Positions 1 to 11,689 of a DNA stretch of 64,000 nucleotides are shown here, piece by piece. The position numbers and the translations under genes were made by a program. The notes beneath the pieces were generated by a model that saw only the letters and a program-made list of their open reading frames with translations, was not told the DNA's origin and did not search any database. Numbering within the stretch: position 1 is the stretch's first letter; each line of letters starts with the position of its first letter. The stretch covers positions 21,018,001-21,082,000 of the forward strand of contig NC_042997.1 in NCBI RefSeq assembly GCF_006345805.1, given 5' to 3'. The DNA comes from Octopus sinensis (taxonomy: Eukaryota).

Positions 1-221
1 TATATATATAATGTGAAATAGAAAGATGAATAATCTAGTAGTAGATTAATCAAAAGTTTAACCGATACCTTAGTAGCAAAAATCACAGCAGTAAACAGCA
101 CGGTTGGAGGTACAACCATCTGGCGTTGCAACCGTGCGTTAGTGCGGATAATTGAAATTAAAACATTATTGGTGAATTGAAGAAATGGAGCTGAACGCAG
201 ATTGAACAGAAATCGTTTTAT

Positions 222-308
222 TTCATTCTACACGTGTTTCGAAAGGCACAAATTACCAAAATCCGATTGAATAATGGGACCATATTGTGTCTTTCTCTTC
301 AGGAAGAA
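222..308 (-). ncRNA. Type I hammerhead ribozyme, mirror copy
   Basis: Exact reverse complement of 419-505. Confidence 0.78.
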
Positions 309-418
309 AAAAGGAAATCCGTTGGAAAAACAAAAACAGAACAGAGGCGGAGCAAAAAACAAATCGAATTTTTGCTCCGCCTCTGTTCTGTTTTTGTTTT
401 TCCAACGGATTTCCTTTT

Positions 419-505
419 TTCTTCCTGAAGAGAAAGACACAATATGGTCCCATTATTCAATCGGATTTTGGTAATTTGTGCCTTTCGAAACACGTGTAGA
501 ATGAA
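419..505 (+). ncRNA. Type I hammerhead ribozyme with long stem II
   Basis: Stem I 5' TTCTTC; core CTGAAGA 425-431; stem II GAAAGACACAA...TTGTGCCTTTC (432-486); GAAA 487-490; self-complementary stem III ACACGTGT; cleavage triplet GTA 496-498; stem I 3' GAA(T)GAA. Confidence 0.8.
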
Positions 506-914
506 ATAAAACGATTTCTGTTCAATCTGCGTTCAGCTCCATTTCTTCAATTCACCAATAATGTTTTATATATATATATATATATCATAATAATAATAAT
601 AATAATAATAAATTTAGACAAATATGTATAATTAGATCTGTGTTGTATAGTGTTTAGAGTGTTGGTCTGATGATTATAAATTCATAGGTTTGATTCCTGG
701 ATGAGGAAGTGCATTGTGTCCTTTAGTAAGGCACATCATTTCAAGGAAAGGATAACATCTTCTGAAACACTTCAGTACTTTGTAGCACTACAGGTCTATA
801 CAAGAACCTTTCTGATGATAGATACAGCGGTTTTGTGGGTTTCTAGAATATATCCAAGTTAAATACGATATACAGAATGTCATTGTGAACTGATACGGCT
901 TCTGTCACTAATAA

Positions 915-1375
915 TATTTTCTACTTAAGGCACAAGGCCTGAAATGTTTGGGGAGGGGGCCAGTCGATTAGATCGACACCAGTATCCAACTGGTATTTAA
1001 TTTATTGACCCTGAAAGGATTAAAGGCAAAGTCAACCTCAATGGAATCTGAACTCAGAATATAAAGGCAGACAGTGGCAAGTATTCTTTTCTACTCTGAG
1101 CACAAGACCCGAAATTTTTCGGGTGGAAGCCAGTCAATTAGATTGACCCCAGTATGCTACTGGTACTTAGTTTATTGACCCTGAAAGGATAAAAGGCAAA
1201 GTCAACATCAGCGGAATTATACAGAATGATCGTCTGTCCATTCTGAGTTCAAATTCGACTTTACCTTTCATCCTTTCATAGATAAATCAAGTACCATTTG
1301 CATACTGGGGTCGATCTAATCGACTGGTCCCCTCCCCAAACATTCTGGGCCTTGCCTAGAATAGAAAACAATACA
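915..1375. mobile_element. Cluster of three tRNA-head SINE family B copies (two minus, one plus)
   Basis: Repeated GACCCCAGTAT..CTGGTACTTAATTTATTGACCCTGAAAGGATAAAAGGCAAAGTCAAC blocks, and its reverse complement from ~1226; same family as 11958-12192. Confidence 0.75.
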
Positions 1376-1454
1376 TACAGAATGCTCTCTGTCTCTGTCT
1401 GTCAGTCTCTCTCTCTCTCTCTCTCGCTCTATTTCTCTGTGTCTGTGTGTGTCA

Positions 1455-1680
1455 TGATTATCATCATCATCATCATCATCATTTAACGTCCACTGTCCAT
1501 GCTGGCATGAGTTTGATGGTTTGGCTGAGGTCTAGCAAGCCAGTAGGCTGTACCAGGCTCCAATCTGATCTGGGAATGTTTCTACAGCTGGATGCCCTTC
1601 CTTACACCAACCACTCCGAGAGTGTAGTAGGTGCTTTTTATATGCCACCAGCATGGGAGTCAGTCAGAGGTACTGGCATC
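1455..1680 (-). mobile_element. Family C non-autonomous retroelement, 3' part ((GAT)n tail)
   Basis: (CAT)n TTTAACGTCCACTGTCCATGCTGGCATG...CTACAGCTGGATGCCCTTCC; matches the other family C copies. Confidence 0.8.
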
Positions 1681-1684
1681 GATC

Positions 1685-1688
1685 CAAG

Positions 1689-1769
<81 letters not shown>

Positions 1770-1770
1770 A
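1685..1770. repeat. (TA)n / (TATG)n microsatellite
   Basis: Directly visible. Confidence 0.95.
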
Positions 1771-1801
1771 GAGTGTTAGGTGTGATGTACAGTACTGACT
1801 A

Positions 1802-1997
1802 TTGAGAAAAAGAAGTCGTCAGAATTTTGGAATTAAAACACCTTTTATTTCTTCATTATTATTAGCGCTTTCGTTTCTCTCTAGGACTTTTCAAATACAG
1901 TTTTGTGTTTGACAAGTTCTAGAGAGGAACAAAAGCGCTAATAATATTGAAGAAATAAAAGAATTTTTTTCCCAAATTCTGATGACTTCTTTTTCTC

Positions 1998-1999
<2 letters not shown>
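1802..1999. mobile_element. Imperfect 198-bp palindromic PLE-type element with two degenerate hammerheads (U3:A8 core)
   Basis: TTGAGAAAAAGAAGTCGTCAGAATTTTGG ... CCCAAATTCTGATGACTTCTTTTTCTCAA. Plus-strand fold: TTGACAA(1909-15) GTTC TAGAGAG GAAC AAAA GCGC TA ATAATA. Minus-strand fold: TTGAAAA GTCC TAGAGAG AAAC GAAA GCGC TA ATAATA. Confidence 0.65.
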
Positions 2000-2053
<54 letters not shown>

Positions 2054-2094
2054 AAGTAAAGAATATTTGCCAAATGTAACTACATTAAGGGTAC

Positions 2095-2200
2095 ACATGT
2101 TTGTGGAGTACAGAACCATTAGCATGTTAATTTCACAAGCAGGCTGTTCTGTTGATCAGATCAACCAGAATCCTTGTCATCGTAACCGAAAAAGTGCCAG
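2095..2200 (+). mobile_element. SINE family D, 3' fragment
   Basis: Reverse complement matches 31060-31160 (GATGACAAGGATTC..GATC..ATCAA.AGAACAGCCTGCT). Confidence 0.55.
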
Positions 2201-3299
2201 TACATGCATGTATGTATATGTATATGTGTTGTGTGTGTTTGTGTTTGTGTGTGTGTGTACATACATACATACAGATAAAGATATGATGCTCTAAATGAGA
2301 CAGCTACACAGAACGTTTCAAGCCAATTGTGAATCACAACCTTTCTTCACCATATTCATGAGTCCATAATAATTGCTTACAAAACTCACTGGACTAAATG
2401 ACAATATCGTAATAAGGTTTTTGTACACAAGATTCATTACACTAAAAAAAACTACTGTTGAATGTTTAATATTCAAAAGAAACAGAAAAATATAATTTCC
2501 CTTCATATTTATTGGAAGTGTATACAAAAATATATATCATTTAGAAACTCATCTAAATTTCTGTGATTTTCCTGTAGCATTTTAGTTTATCTTGATGAAT
2601 ATCAGTACATCCATTAAGCGTATTCTATAAAACTGAACTCTTTGTGCAGAAACTATAGCACAATACTTGTGTATGTTTTCAACAGCAGCCAAAAATGTTA
2701 GATGAGAATATCCGTCTAATGATGCAAAGAATGCATTTCATCCTTCAAACCGTTATTTATATATCTTCAACCTTTTAATATAGCAAAGAGTATATTTCAA
2801 AGTGAAATATAAACTGGTTTTCTATAATAAAGTGCTCTGTTTTAATCAGTTTTTATAACATAAGTCTTATCAAAATTTTGAACCAATTTTTACATTCTCG
2901 TGGGAATGCATGTCTTCAAATAACATGCAGAAATGCTCAACTCTCTATCATTCTACTAAAGGGTTTCACTATTTCATTAAAATAACAGAAAGTCCTGTTT
3001 GCCCCAGTTTCTTCACAAATATTTCCTCAAAGTACTCTGACTAAGGTGATAAGAGTACCAGACATTTTAAACTATTTAGACATTAGACAATTTCATAAAT
3101 CTCTTTCTATATAAAGCTGAAGTTGTCTGTGTATGGCAGGTTTGGTAGCCTTCAACTAACACTATCTCCTCCAAGACCCTGCGGCACAAGTTGACCAAAA
3201 TTGAAAGTATGATAGAAGAAGGCTTGCTCTTCCTTCCATAGTAGAAAAAATTCAAATCGGACCATGTTAACACCAAAAATTATTTACATCAAACAGGTT

Positions 3300-3491
3300 C
3301 CTTTTTTTCTATGAAAATCCCTATTTTTTACGAAATTTTGACTGCTGTGTCGCCTTTTTCGGTGTATTTCAACCAGAAAAATGTTCGCTTAAAGAGCATA
3401 ATAAGCTACATAATGCAAAATTTTTACTTTTCAAAAATTCTAATTCTAAAGGGTCAAAACAAACTTGAGCAACGCCGGGAGATACTGCTAG
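3300..3491 (+). mobile_element. Non-autonomous Helitron-like 3' end
   Basis: GAGCAACGCCGGGAGATACTGCTAG|T: GC-rich subterminal motif followed by CTAG-T, the typical Helitron 3' terminus. The 5' end could not be defined. Confidence 0.5.
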
Positions 3492-6400
3492 TTATTCTAT
3501 AAAACAGTTAGGTTAAAAGATCTATATATATTTTTCCAAAACGAATGAAGCTCAACAGATTTGTAGAGATTATAGTGGAACATAATTTCATATATATTTT
3601 ACCAAGGATTTGGAATAGTCAACATAAGTGCAGCTATTTACATTGCAGTGACAAAGATGTAAACATCAACAGACATGGAAAAGTAGATGGGTGTTTGGAC
3701 ATTTTTCTGTTATATAATAAAAATTTCCATCATTTTCCAAAATTTTCATTTACAACACAAATTGAAGTTGTTCAGCAAAAACTCTATAATCAATTGTTGC
3801 CTGAACAATTGTTACATATGCAATTGTCTTCTAAGTAATTATGTCACTGTAGTCCCATATTCATTCAGACTTCCATCCTCAGGGAGAACTTAGCACTGTA
3901 ACCCACAATGAACATGGTTGACAACCAGATCACATCCAATACATTTTCACAAAGTTCCAATTAACAGTGTTATGTATGTTATGTCATTAGATTCTTTGAT
4001 CCATGAAAACTGAAAAAATTCATGGATCATGAAATATAAGGACATAATACTGGTTAAAAATGAACACTACAAAAAACAAAAAATCTCAAAAAGCTAATGA
4101 CTATAAATGGTGTATTTAATAGAAGACAATGAAGAATGAATGGAAAAATAATTAGTAATAATAAATGAAATGAAACTAAATTTTACCACTAAGAGAAGTC
4201 ATGTTGAGGAGAAAAATTTGAACACTTAAACAAAAATCATGTGCTACTGAGAAAAATTAAGCATTTTCACAACTTTTAGGTAAGAAAATTTTATTTTTGA
4301 AACATTTCAAAAGCCAAATGCATATCACTTCAAGTCACTCACATTTTTGACAATACAATAAACCAATGATTGACCTGTTGAATTACTCTTTAAGTTCAAA
4401 CACCCAATGAGGCTATTGTTCTTGAATGCATGCAGACAAAAAAAAAAGTAAGAGAAAAAGTTTGTGATTGATATCGGTAGCTGAAGGCTCGATTTTAAAG
4501 CATTTTATTGCTTGTTTACTTCAAGTTCACTCATTGCTATTACACTGCATTATGTCTCAACTATGAGAGTAATAGTGACTAGTCTTCTATCATGATTCTG
4601 AACATTTCAAGGAGGCTAGAATATAATATAATTAAATCAATATACATTTTTTTTCTAGACCTATCAATAATGTGATTTCAATGAGTTGAAAACAATAAAT
4701 ACAGAAAGAGCTTGTTAATGAGACTGAAGCAGCTGGAGAATTACAATAGATTGCTTTGTTTAACCCCAGGTTAGTCCTGATTAAACAGATAGATGGTCAA
4801 AGGTATTCTAATATTCAGACAGTGTGCAACCAAAAAAGAATTACATATTCTATGATGTAGCCCTAGCTGAACATCAAAGATGTCATTTATGTATATCTTG
4901 GAACACCTTATCTACTGTGTGCTCCCTTTTTAAAGCCAGTGGGATATGATTTGAAGGATATTTTTAACTGCTATTTCTGAGCTGTAAAACTACCATGAAA
5001 TGTAGTGTCTGTTTCTTTGGATCAGATACATTAGTCAATCTTTCAATCTTAACCTTCTTTTGACTCAGGGCTACAATAGGAATTTTACATAGATTTCAAG
5101 TCCCATTCTTTGTTAAATTAGGAAACATCCTGAAAATCAAAAAAAAAAAAAATTTGTATTGCTGAATATAAACAAAAATGAAGTTTCAAGATACTACTTC
5201 TGTATACTGGTGTAGAAAGATATGTAGAGTTGTTTCCCACTACAGAACAATAACCTCAATAAATCAAAATTGATAAACTAGGTACAAGACTGAAATTGGC
5301 AAGAACCCTAGAAAGTGGTGTCCTAGCATGGCCAGAGTTCATGAATCTGGACCCTTGAAAAGAGTATCTGAAAAACATTTACTGGACAGACACACCATCA
5401 ACATCATCATCATTGCCATCATTTTAAGCAAGTTTTACCAGTTTGCATGGAATGGACAGGTCTTCCCTAGCATATAAAGAAGAAACACTTAAAAGTTGAT
5501 AATAATGAATTCTAATAAAACCAAATTACCTGGGAAAAGGAATGATATATTGGTCAGTGCTGTTCTTCTCTTCCCATCCTCATCTCTTCCCATTCAGTGT
5601 AGTCTACAACATAACAGGTGTTGGGCACTCAACAGTGGCCAATCCTCTTTTGCTACTGATCCCTAACTGTGGCAAAGTCAGCGGCACTGGTAAATGTAGT
5701 CAAAAATAAAAATATGCAAAAAGATAAGATGGTACTGCTGGAATGTCTTTGGTTGTTAATGTTGACCTGGGGCTAATCAATAACAACAGCTGTAGTAACA
5801 AAAATCAAGGAAGACACAATGTCATACATAGCACAGACAAATATAAATAAGGAAAATAAATGTCCAGTGTTAACAGAAATAAATGATTGCAGCCACATTC
5901 AGAGTATAACGAAGGAAATTAAACCAAAATTTGGAAAGATAAAAGATAAAAAATAAATTGAAGACAGATCACAAACCAGTCAGGTGTCATATAGCATACA
6001 AAATTACACTCTTATCAAGCTAGCTAATCATATTATATAAATAATCACATTATATAAATAATTACATGGCAAATAAATTACACAAATATAACATATATAT
6101 AAACCAGCTGCTAATATATACAATGCTATGTTCAGCAACTAAAGCTGATGGTGTAGGAGGCTATTGAGGTAATAAGACAATAGATAACAGACAGTCAAAT
6201 AGGCAAGAAAATAATTCAACAGGAGCTAACTGAGAAAACTATTATATAAATGAGTCAAACTACCAAAAAGCAATGCAAACTTAATAATAAGGAAGAACAA
6301 GAATTCAAAGAAACAAAAGAAAGATGCTCTAGTTGTTGTTTAGGTACCTGTTCGATCTGAAATAGGCTAAACTGTTATCAAGAGCCTTCAGTCCATATCT

Positions 6401-6859
6401 TGACAGCCTTGTCTTTCTCCCTCTCTCACAAATTCACTCTGCCTTCTTTTTAAGACAGTAGACTGTAGAATAAAGACTGTAATGTTTTACTGAGCCTTCC
6501 CATTCAAGACAACAAAATAAAGGCTGATTGAAAAGGTGGAAAGTATGTCTTACTGCATAGGTTTGAGAAAAGAATGAAACAAGATCAAACAAAATTTTTG
6601 GGAAAAAGAAAATGAGCATAACTTGAGCATAAAAATAAACAACGAAGACAAAGGTTCCAGCAAAGACATACAATTAAAAGAAAGAAATATTGTATTATTC
6701 CCTACAACAGAAGTGGAACAGATATTTCTGTGGCAGATATAATTGATGTCAGGGGAAAAAAACTATTGTTGCTTTGAATACAATCCCAAACTTCTAGATG
6801 AAGCATTTACTAATGTTCTCCGTCAATACATGGCTCAATATTTTAATTAAAAAAAACAG

Positions 6860-7045
6860 GGAAAATAATTCAGAATCGTAGTCCGGTTCCAGATCAATCT
6901 CAAAATCTAACCCGTTCATGACTAGCACAAAGCCAAACATCCCTGAAAGTTTTATCCAGCGGTTCTTGGGGTATCTTGTCTACAGGCAAACAAACAAGCA
7001 AACATCACTGAAAACAATACCTCTGCCTTCGCTAAGGCAGGGGTA
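6860..7045. mobile_element. Short interspersed DNA element ending in a GC-rich hairpin
   Basis: ...CAAACAAACAAGCAAACATCACTGAAAACAATACCTCTGCCTT-CGCT-AAGGCAGGGGTAAT. Superfamily not assignable. Confidence 0.4.
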
Positions 7046-7049
7046 ATGA

Positions 7050-7265
7050 TCCTTTCTACTATAGACACAAGGACTGAAATGCTTTGGGAGAAAGAACTAG
7101 TCGATTACATCAAACCTAGTGCTTAATAGGTACATACGTTGTTGACCCACAAAAGGATAAAAGGTAAAGTCACCCCTCAGTGGAATTTGAACTGAGATCT
7201 GGAAGAAATACCACTAAGCATTGTGTAAAATGCACTAATGACTCTGCCAGCTAACAGCTTTATAA
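7050..7265 (-). mobile_element. SINE family B (diverged)
   Basis: GTCGATTACATC..AAAAGGATAAAAGGTAAAGTCA..GGAATTTGAACTGAGA..GAAATACCACTAAGCAT. Confidence 0.7.
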
Positions 7266-7869
7266 CCATACTGATAATCATAGGGTTTAATTAATTACAT
7301 CACCCCACCAATATTATTTACCTTGTACTTTACTTCACTAAGCCCCATTAAGTTTTGAACTCAGAATGTTAACAGTCATAAGTAAACATCACATGTCATT
7401 TTGTCCACTTTTCTACTGATTCTGTTAAATATTACTAATATAATATTTTATTTTTTTATTCTGGCTTGAAAGGTCTGTGCTATTGTCACTTAAATTCTCT
7501 TTTCAAATTTTCAATAAAACAATTAATTTCTAAGATGGTTTATATCTATATAATTTATTTGATTTCCAGTACAAAAATTTTATTGTTATTATTTCTATTT
7601 CTCAAGTGAGATGTAATTTTAGTAATTAAAATTTATCAGATTTTGTTTTGGTAAGGACATTCTACATACTAAAATAAATTAGATATGTGTGAAATGAAAA
7701 CAAATTTTCTCAATGAAATTTTAACTATGCAAGTATACAAAATATATTGATGTGTTATGGTAATGAGTAGATACTTCAATTAGAGATCCTCATTAAAGAA
7801 AAAGAATGAAAATAAAGTTTGAAATAAAGTAAGAAAATAAGCTATTAAATTGAATAGAAACAGAAATAG

Positions 7870-7883
7870 AAATAATAATAATA

Positions 7884-7940
<57 letters not shown>

Positions 7941-8365
7941 CGGCAACTACAACAACAACAGCAGTAATAATAAAATCAACAATAATGTCTCCATCATAAC
8001 TCTAACCATCAGCAATAACAATAGTGAAATTAATAATGTTGAAGTTAAAGAGGGTGGAGCTGGTATGGCAGCTATTGTTGCTGCTATGGTATTGTTGTTG
8101 TTGTGGTTGCTGCTGTTGTTGTTGTTGTTGATGATGACGATGATGATGATTTATTATAAGGAGATTGTAATAATAATAACAAAATGATAATAGCAAGAAG
8201 CTGAAGTAGTGTAAAAGAAATAAGAAAAACGTCATGAACAAGTAAGCGGCAGTGATAATAACAACAACAGCAGCAACAACAACAACAATAATAATAGTAA
8301 TAACAATAATAACAATAATAATAGTAATAATAGTGGTGTTAATGAAAATAACAATAATAATAAAA
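7870..8365. repeat. Compound trinucleotide microsatellite (AAT)n, (AAC)n, (GTT)n, (GAT)n
   Basis: Directly visible; it produces the spurious poly-Q/I/L ORFs at 8002-8441. Confidence 0.95.
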
Positions 8366-8999
8366 AAAAGATTAGATGAGTTAGAAAATTGCATAAGCAT
8401 CTAATTAGATAGCAAGTTGTTATATTTTCTATTAAATACATGCCAATTAAAGATAATTAAGTCCACAGAGTTCCATCGTAGTTAGAATTAAAAAGAAAAA
8501 AAAAACAAAAACAAAAAATACAAAAATAAAAATATGATGATTCCACAATCAATACCGTTTCAGTCGTCCTTCTTTCTCTACTTTTGCATTCTATGTAAGT
8601 GATTGGGATGGACATTATGAAAGGTCAAATATGATATTATCTTCATATCAATCAAATCTCGCAGCTATGTCTAACCAATTTCATCATATCTGTTTTAGTG
8701 TCAAAATATAAATGAACCATCGTCGCACTTTTCTTTCATTCCCTTGTTCTTTCTCTTCAATTTCTTTTTTCTCAGCCAATCTCATTTTCTCTTTAATAAT
8801 CTCAATTTATTTAAATTATTTCACACAATTTCATCTTTATCCTGTAAACCAATTTAATACCAACAATGTGCTGAAGATGATATCTACTGTATGTATAAAT
8901 GCACTGTACAAATCTGGTAAAGAGATGCCAGCATATATGCATGTGTTTATGAGCAACTATAACAAAGTTGATATGCTCATCAGAGAAAATAAGGCGAGT

Positions 9000-9003
9000 C
9001 TTC

Positions 9004-9064
<61 letters not shown>

Positions 9065-9090
9065 CCTCTCTCTCTCTCTCTCTCTCTAAT
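9000..9090. repeat. (TATC)n(TC)n microsatellite
   Basis: Directly visible. Confidence 0.95.
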
Positions 9091-9335
9091 ATCATCATCA
9101 TCATCATCATTATCATTTAACATCCACTTTCCATGCTAGCATGGGTTGGACGATTTGACTGAGGTCTGGCGAACCAGATTGCTGCATCAGGCTCCAATCT
9201 GATCTGGCAGAGTTTCTACAGCTGGATGCCCTTCCTAACACCAACCACTCCGAGAGTGTAGTGTGCTTTTACATGCCACCAGCACAAGGGCCGGTCAGGC
9301 AGTGCTGGCAATGGCCATGCTCAAATGGTGCTTTT
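9090..9335 (-). mobile_element. Family C retroelement, 3' part
   Basis: (CAT)n TTTAACATCCACTTTCCATGCTAGCATGGGTTGGACGATTTGACTGAGG... Confidence 0.85.
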
Positions 9336-10039
9336 TACATATATATATATATATATATACGCACACACAAACACACACAACACACCCACACATGCAAAGA
9401 AAAGCATGATAGCCATTAGTTTTGTGAGACTTCGTATCAATAGCTGAAGTTTCTTGCTTTGGTTTTGATTGCAAAGCAGCCTTTCCCATAGCTATTAAAA
9501 CCAATATTAGAGTGGCAGTACCATCTGCAATGACTGCATTTGAAGGTACTATCTATCAGTGTTGTCCTGGTTCCGTATTTCCATTGGCTACATTTTTATC
9601 CATAACAAACCTCAATCTTTATCTTGTCAATTTAAATGTATTCTTAGTTACAACCTCCAGTGGAAGTAATAACAGTATGGGGCCATGCACTGTAACTGTG
9701 CACCACTGCATCAATAATTTGTTGGTGATTCCCTACTTCTTGCAGATGACACCTTTGCACCACTCAAGTGAGAACCTTCCAGCCCAAGGGTCTATTTTGG
9801 GTAGTCGGGGCTGGTGAGGGTTTTATGAAGTCAAAGTGCAAATCTTACTTCATTCCCTTCTAGTATGGAGGTGCATGGCTTAGTGGTTAGAGTGTTGAAC
9901 ACAGGATTGTGGTTTCAATTCCTAGACTAGGCGACATGTGTTCTTGAGCAAAACACTTCATTTCACATTGTTCTAGTTTATTTTCCCTCCACCCTAGATT
10001 ACACAATCTAAATACCCACTCACACATACATGTGTGTTA

Positions 10040-10352
10040 TGGTGGTGTGAAAAAAAAAATTGAAGAAATTTAAAATGCCTGAGGCTTAAACTCTTGCTAT
10101 ATATTATTACTAGAAAAATGCTAAATTTTTGCTTAGATCAGTTATGGGTATTTACTCCTTCAAACTCCTCAAACTCTGCTATTGTAAAAAAATCTACAAA
10201 ATACCCCATTTTCGAAGTTTTGGGAGCTTGAGGAAGTAAATACTCTTGATTGATCTCAGTGAAAATATAGCATTTTTCTAGTATGTAAATATAGCAACAT
10301 TTTATCCCTCAGGCATTTTCAATTTCTACAACTTTTTATTTTCACTCCACCC
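10040..10352. mobile_element. Fold-back MITE, TA target duplication
   Basis: ~135-bp imperfect inverted arms (GGTGGTGTGAAAA..AAAATGCCTGAGG..TACTAGAAAAATGCTA vs TAGCATTTTTCTAGTA..CCTCAGGCATTTT..TTCACTCCACCC), flanked by TA at 10038-39 and 10353-54. Confidence 0.75.
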
Positions 10353-10374
10353 TAAGACAGAGGAAACTTTGGTC

Positions 10375-10980
10375 TTTTATTGGTATGTCCATCTCCACAC
10401 AGCACAGTGGAACTGGTCACATGCAATGTTAGCTCACTTTCCAACGTTTGTATTGATTTCATATTTATCTTGCAGCTATCTTAGTGGCGAAAAAGATAGA
10501 ATCCCTCCTGCGTTCTCTTGTCAGAAGGTAGCTTACTATACAATGGATGTTTTTTGGACCCCACTTCTGACATAGAGCATATGTGATCCAACTGGTAGGA
10601 GCATCATTGTAAGGTATCTGAGTGTGAGCTGCACTTTTATTTTTAAGTGACCCAATTAGTCTTCTTGATGTATAGGATCTGTTTCTGGTTGAACTGGTGG
10701 AATTAACTGAAGAGCAACTTTTGTCTGTAGCAAAGGCTACAAATCTCACTGTCGAAAATCATTGTGGTGAGGACAAATGATATATAGATTACAGCTTGGT
10801 ATGCAGCATTGGCTTACAGTTTTTTACAGACTCGTATTTCCAGCCTGACAAATGTTGTGGCTACTCTTCCAATCCACCTGTTAAACTCAGACTCTGGAAA
10901 GAACTTGATCGATTCAAAGCATGTGAACAAGTGGAATACCTCTAGCTTGCAGTTGTTGATGATACTGGAGAGTAGAAGTT
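10375..10980 (-). pseudogene. Decayed RTE-clade LINE ORF (C-terminal RT / thumb region)
   Basis: Manual translation across stops and frameshifts: LEVFHLFTCFES..EFNRWIGRVATTFVRLEIRV..AVIYISFVLTTMIFDSEICSL..FHQ..ILYIK..PKKHPLYSKLPSDKRTQEG..DSCKINMK. This follows the RTE pattern LE.V..F.YLGS..EI..RI.KA...F.RL..RVW..LLYG.E.W..PK.LLYG.L..GKR..GG..FKD..K. Confidence 0.7.
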
Positions 10981-11029
10981 AAAACAAAATGAAGAAACAA
11001 TTTCTCTCTCTCTCTGTATAAATATTCAT

Positions 11030-11078
11030 ATTGAGATAGATGGATAGATAGATGGATAGACTGATCGATCGATCGATC

Positions 11079-11173
<95 letters not shown>

Positions 11174-11190
11174 CGATAGATAGATGATAG

Positions 11191-11221
<31 letters not shown>

Positions 11222-11225
11222 GTCA
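11030..11225. repeat. (GATA)n microsatellite, ~200 bp
   Basis: Directly visible. Confidence 0.97.
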
Positions 11226-11230
11226 CAGAT

Positions 11231-11530
11231 GAAGCTGTGAGGCAAGAAGATTGCTTTCCAACCACATGGTTCTGGGTTCAGTCCTACTGCATGGCATTCC
11301 AGGCAAGTGTCTTCTACTATAGTCCCAGGTTAACCAAAGCCTTGTCAGTGGATTTGGTAGATGGAAACTGAAACAAGCCAGTCACACATAGACACACAAA
11401 CACATACACACACACAAATACACACGCACATACATACATTCAATCATACATGCATACATACATGCATGCATACATACATACATACATACATACATACATA
11501 CATACATACATACATACATACATACATACG
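11231..11530 (+). mobile_element. SINE family A, 5' half, followed by (CA)n/(CATA)n
   Basis: CCAACCACATGGTTCTGGGTTCAGTCC (B-box-like) ..CAAAGCCTTGTCAGTGGATTTGGTAGATGGAAACTGAAA. Confidence 0.75.
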
Positions 11531-11689
11531 TACGTACATACATACATACATTATTGGGGCTCTCTTCTTGACTTTCTGTCACTCTGTCTTTAGCCTTTAA
11601 ACGTGTAGCATGAAGCCACGCACCACCATCTTCCCCTCTCGAATACTCCCCTTTTGGTAGTGGGAGTTTTTCGTCAGTTCTTTTCCTGT

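Larger units (their letters stand above)
13..568. mobile_element. Penelope-like (PLE) pLTR-type short element: 410-bp palindrome (159-568) plus 146-bp unpaired extension, inserted in (TA)n
   Basis: Arms 159-358 and 369-568 are exact reverse complements (200 bp, 10-nt loop ACAAATCGAA). Each arm holds a hammerhead fold. (TA)n flanks both ends. The PLE assignment follows from known PLE pLTR architecture (inverted partial pLTR plus hammerhead). Confidence 0.7.

Noticed and set aside
228-499. Mirror-image ORF pairs (also 40981-41486)
   Set aside because: By-products of palindromes; no recognisable domain.
804-860. Possible hammerhead: CTGATGA, stem TAGATAC/GTTTCTA, GAAT ATATC
   Set aside because: GAAA is mutated, stem II starts with U-A and stem I pairs poorly. 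At best a decayed copy; chance is not excluded.
2300-6700. Possible minus-strand terminal exons / 3' UTR of a host gene (e.g. SEFCKQLLWTHEYGEERL*, STVLKRRQSEFVREGERQGCQDMD*; AG...GT-bounded block 5530-5690)
   Set aside because: Short, with no recognisable homology; the splice-bounded block has stops in all frames. Needs RNA-seq.
8002-8441. Poly-Q/poly-L/poly-I ORFs (also 11026-11265, 55495-55910)
   Set aside because: Translations of microsatellites.
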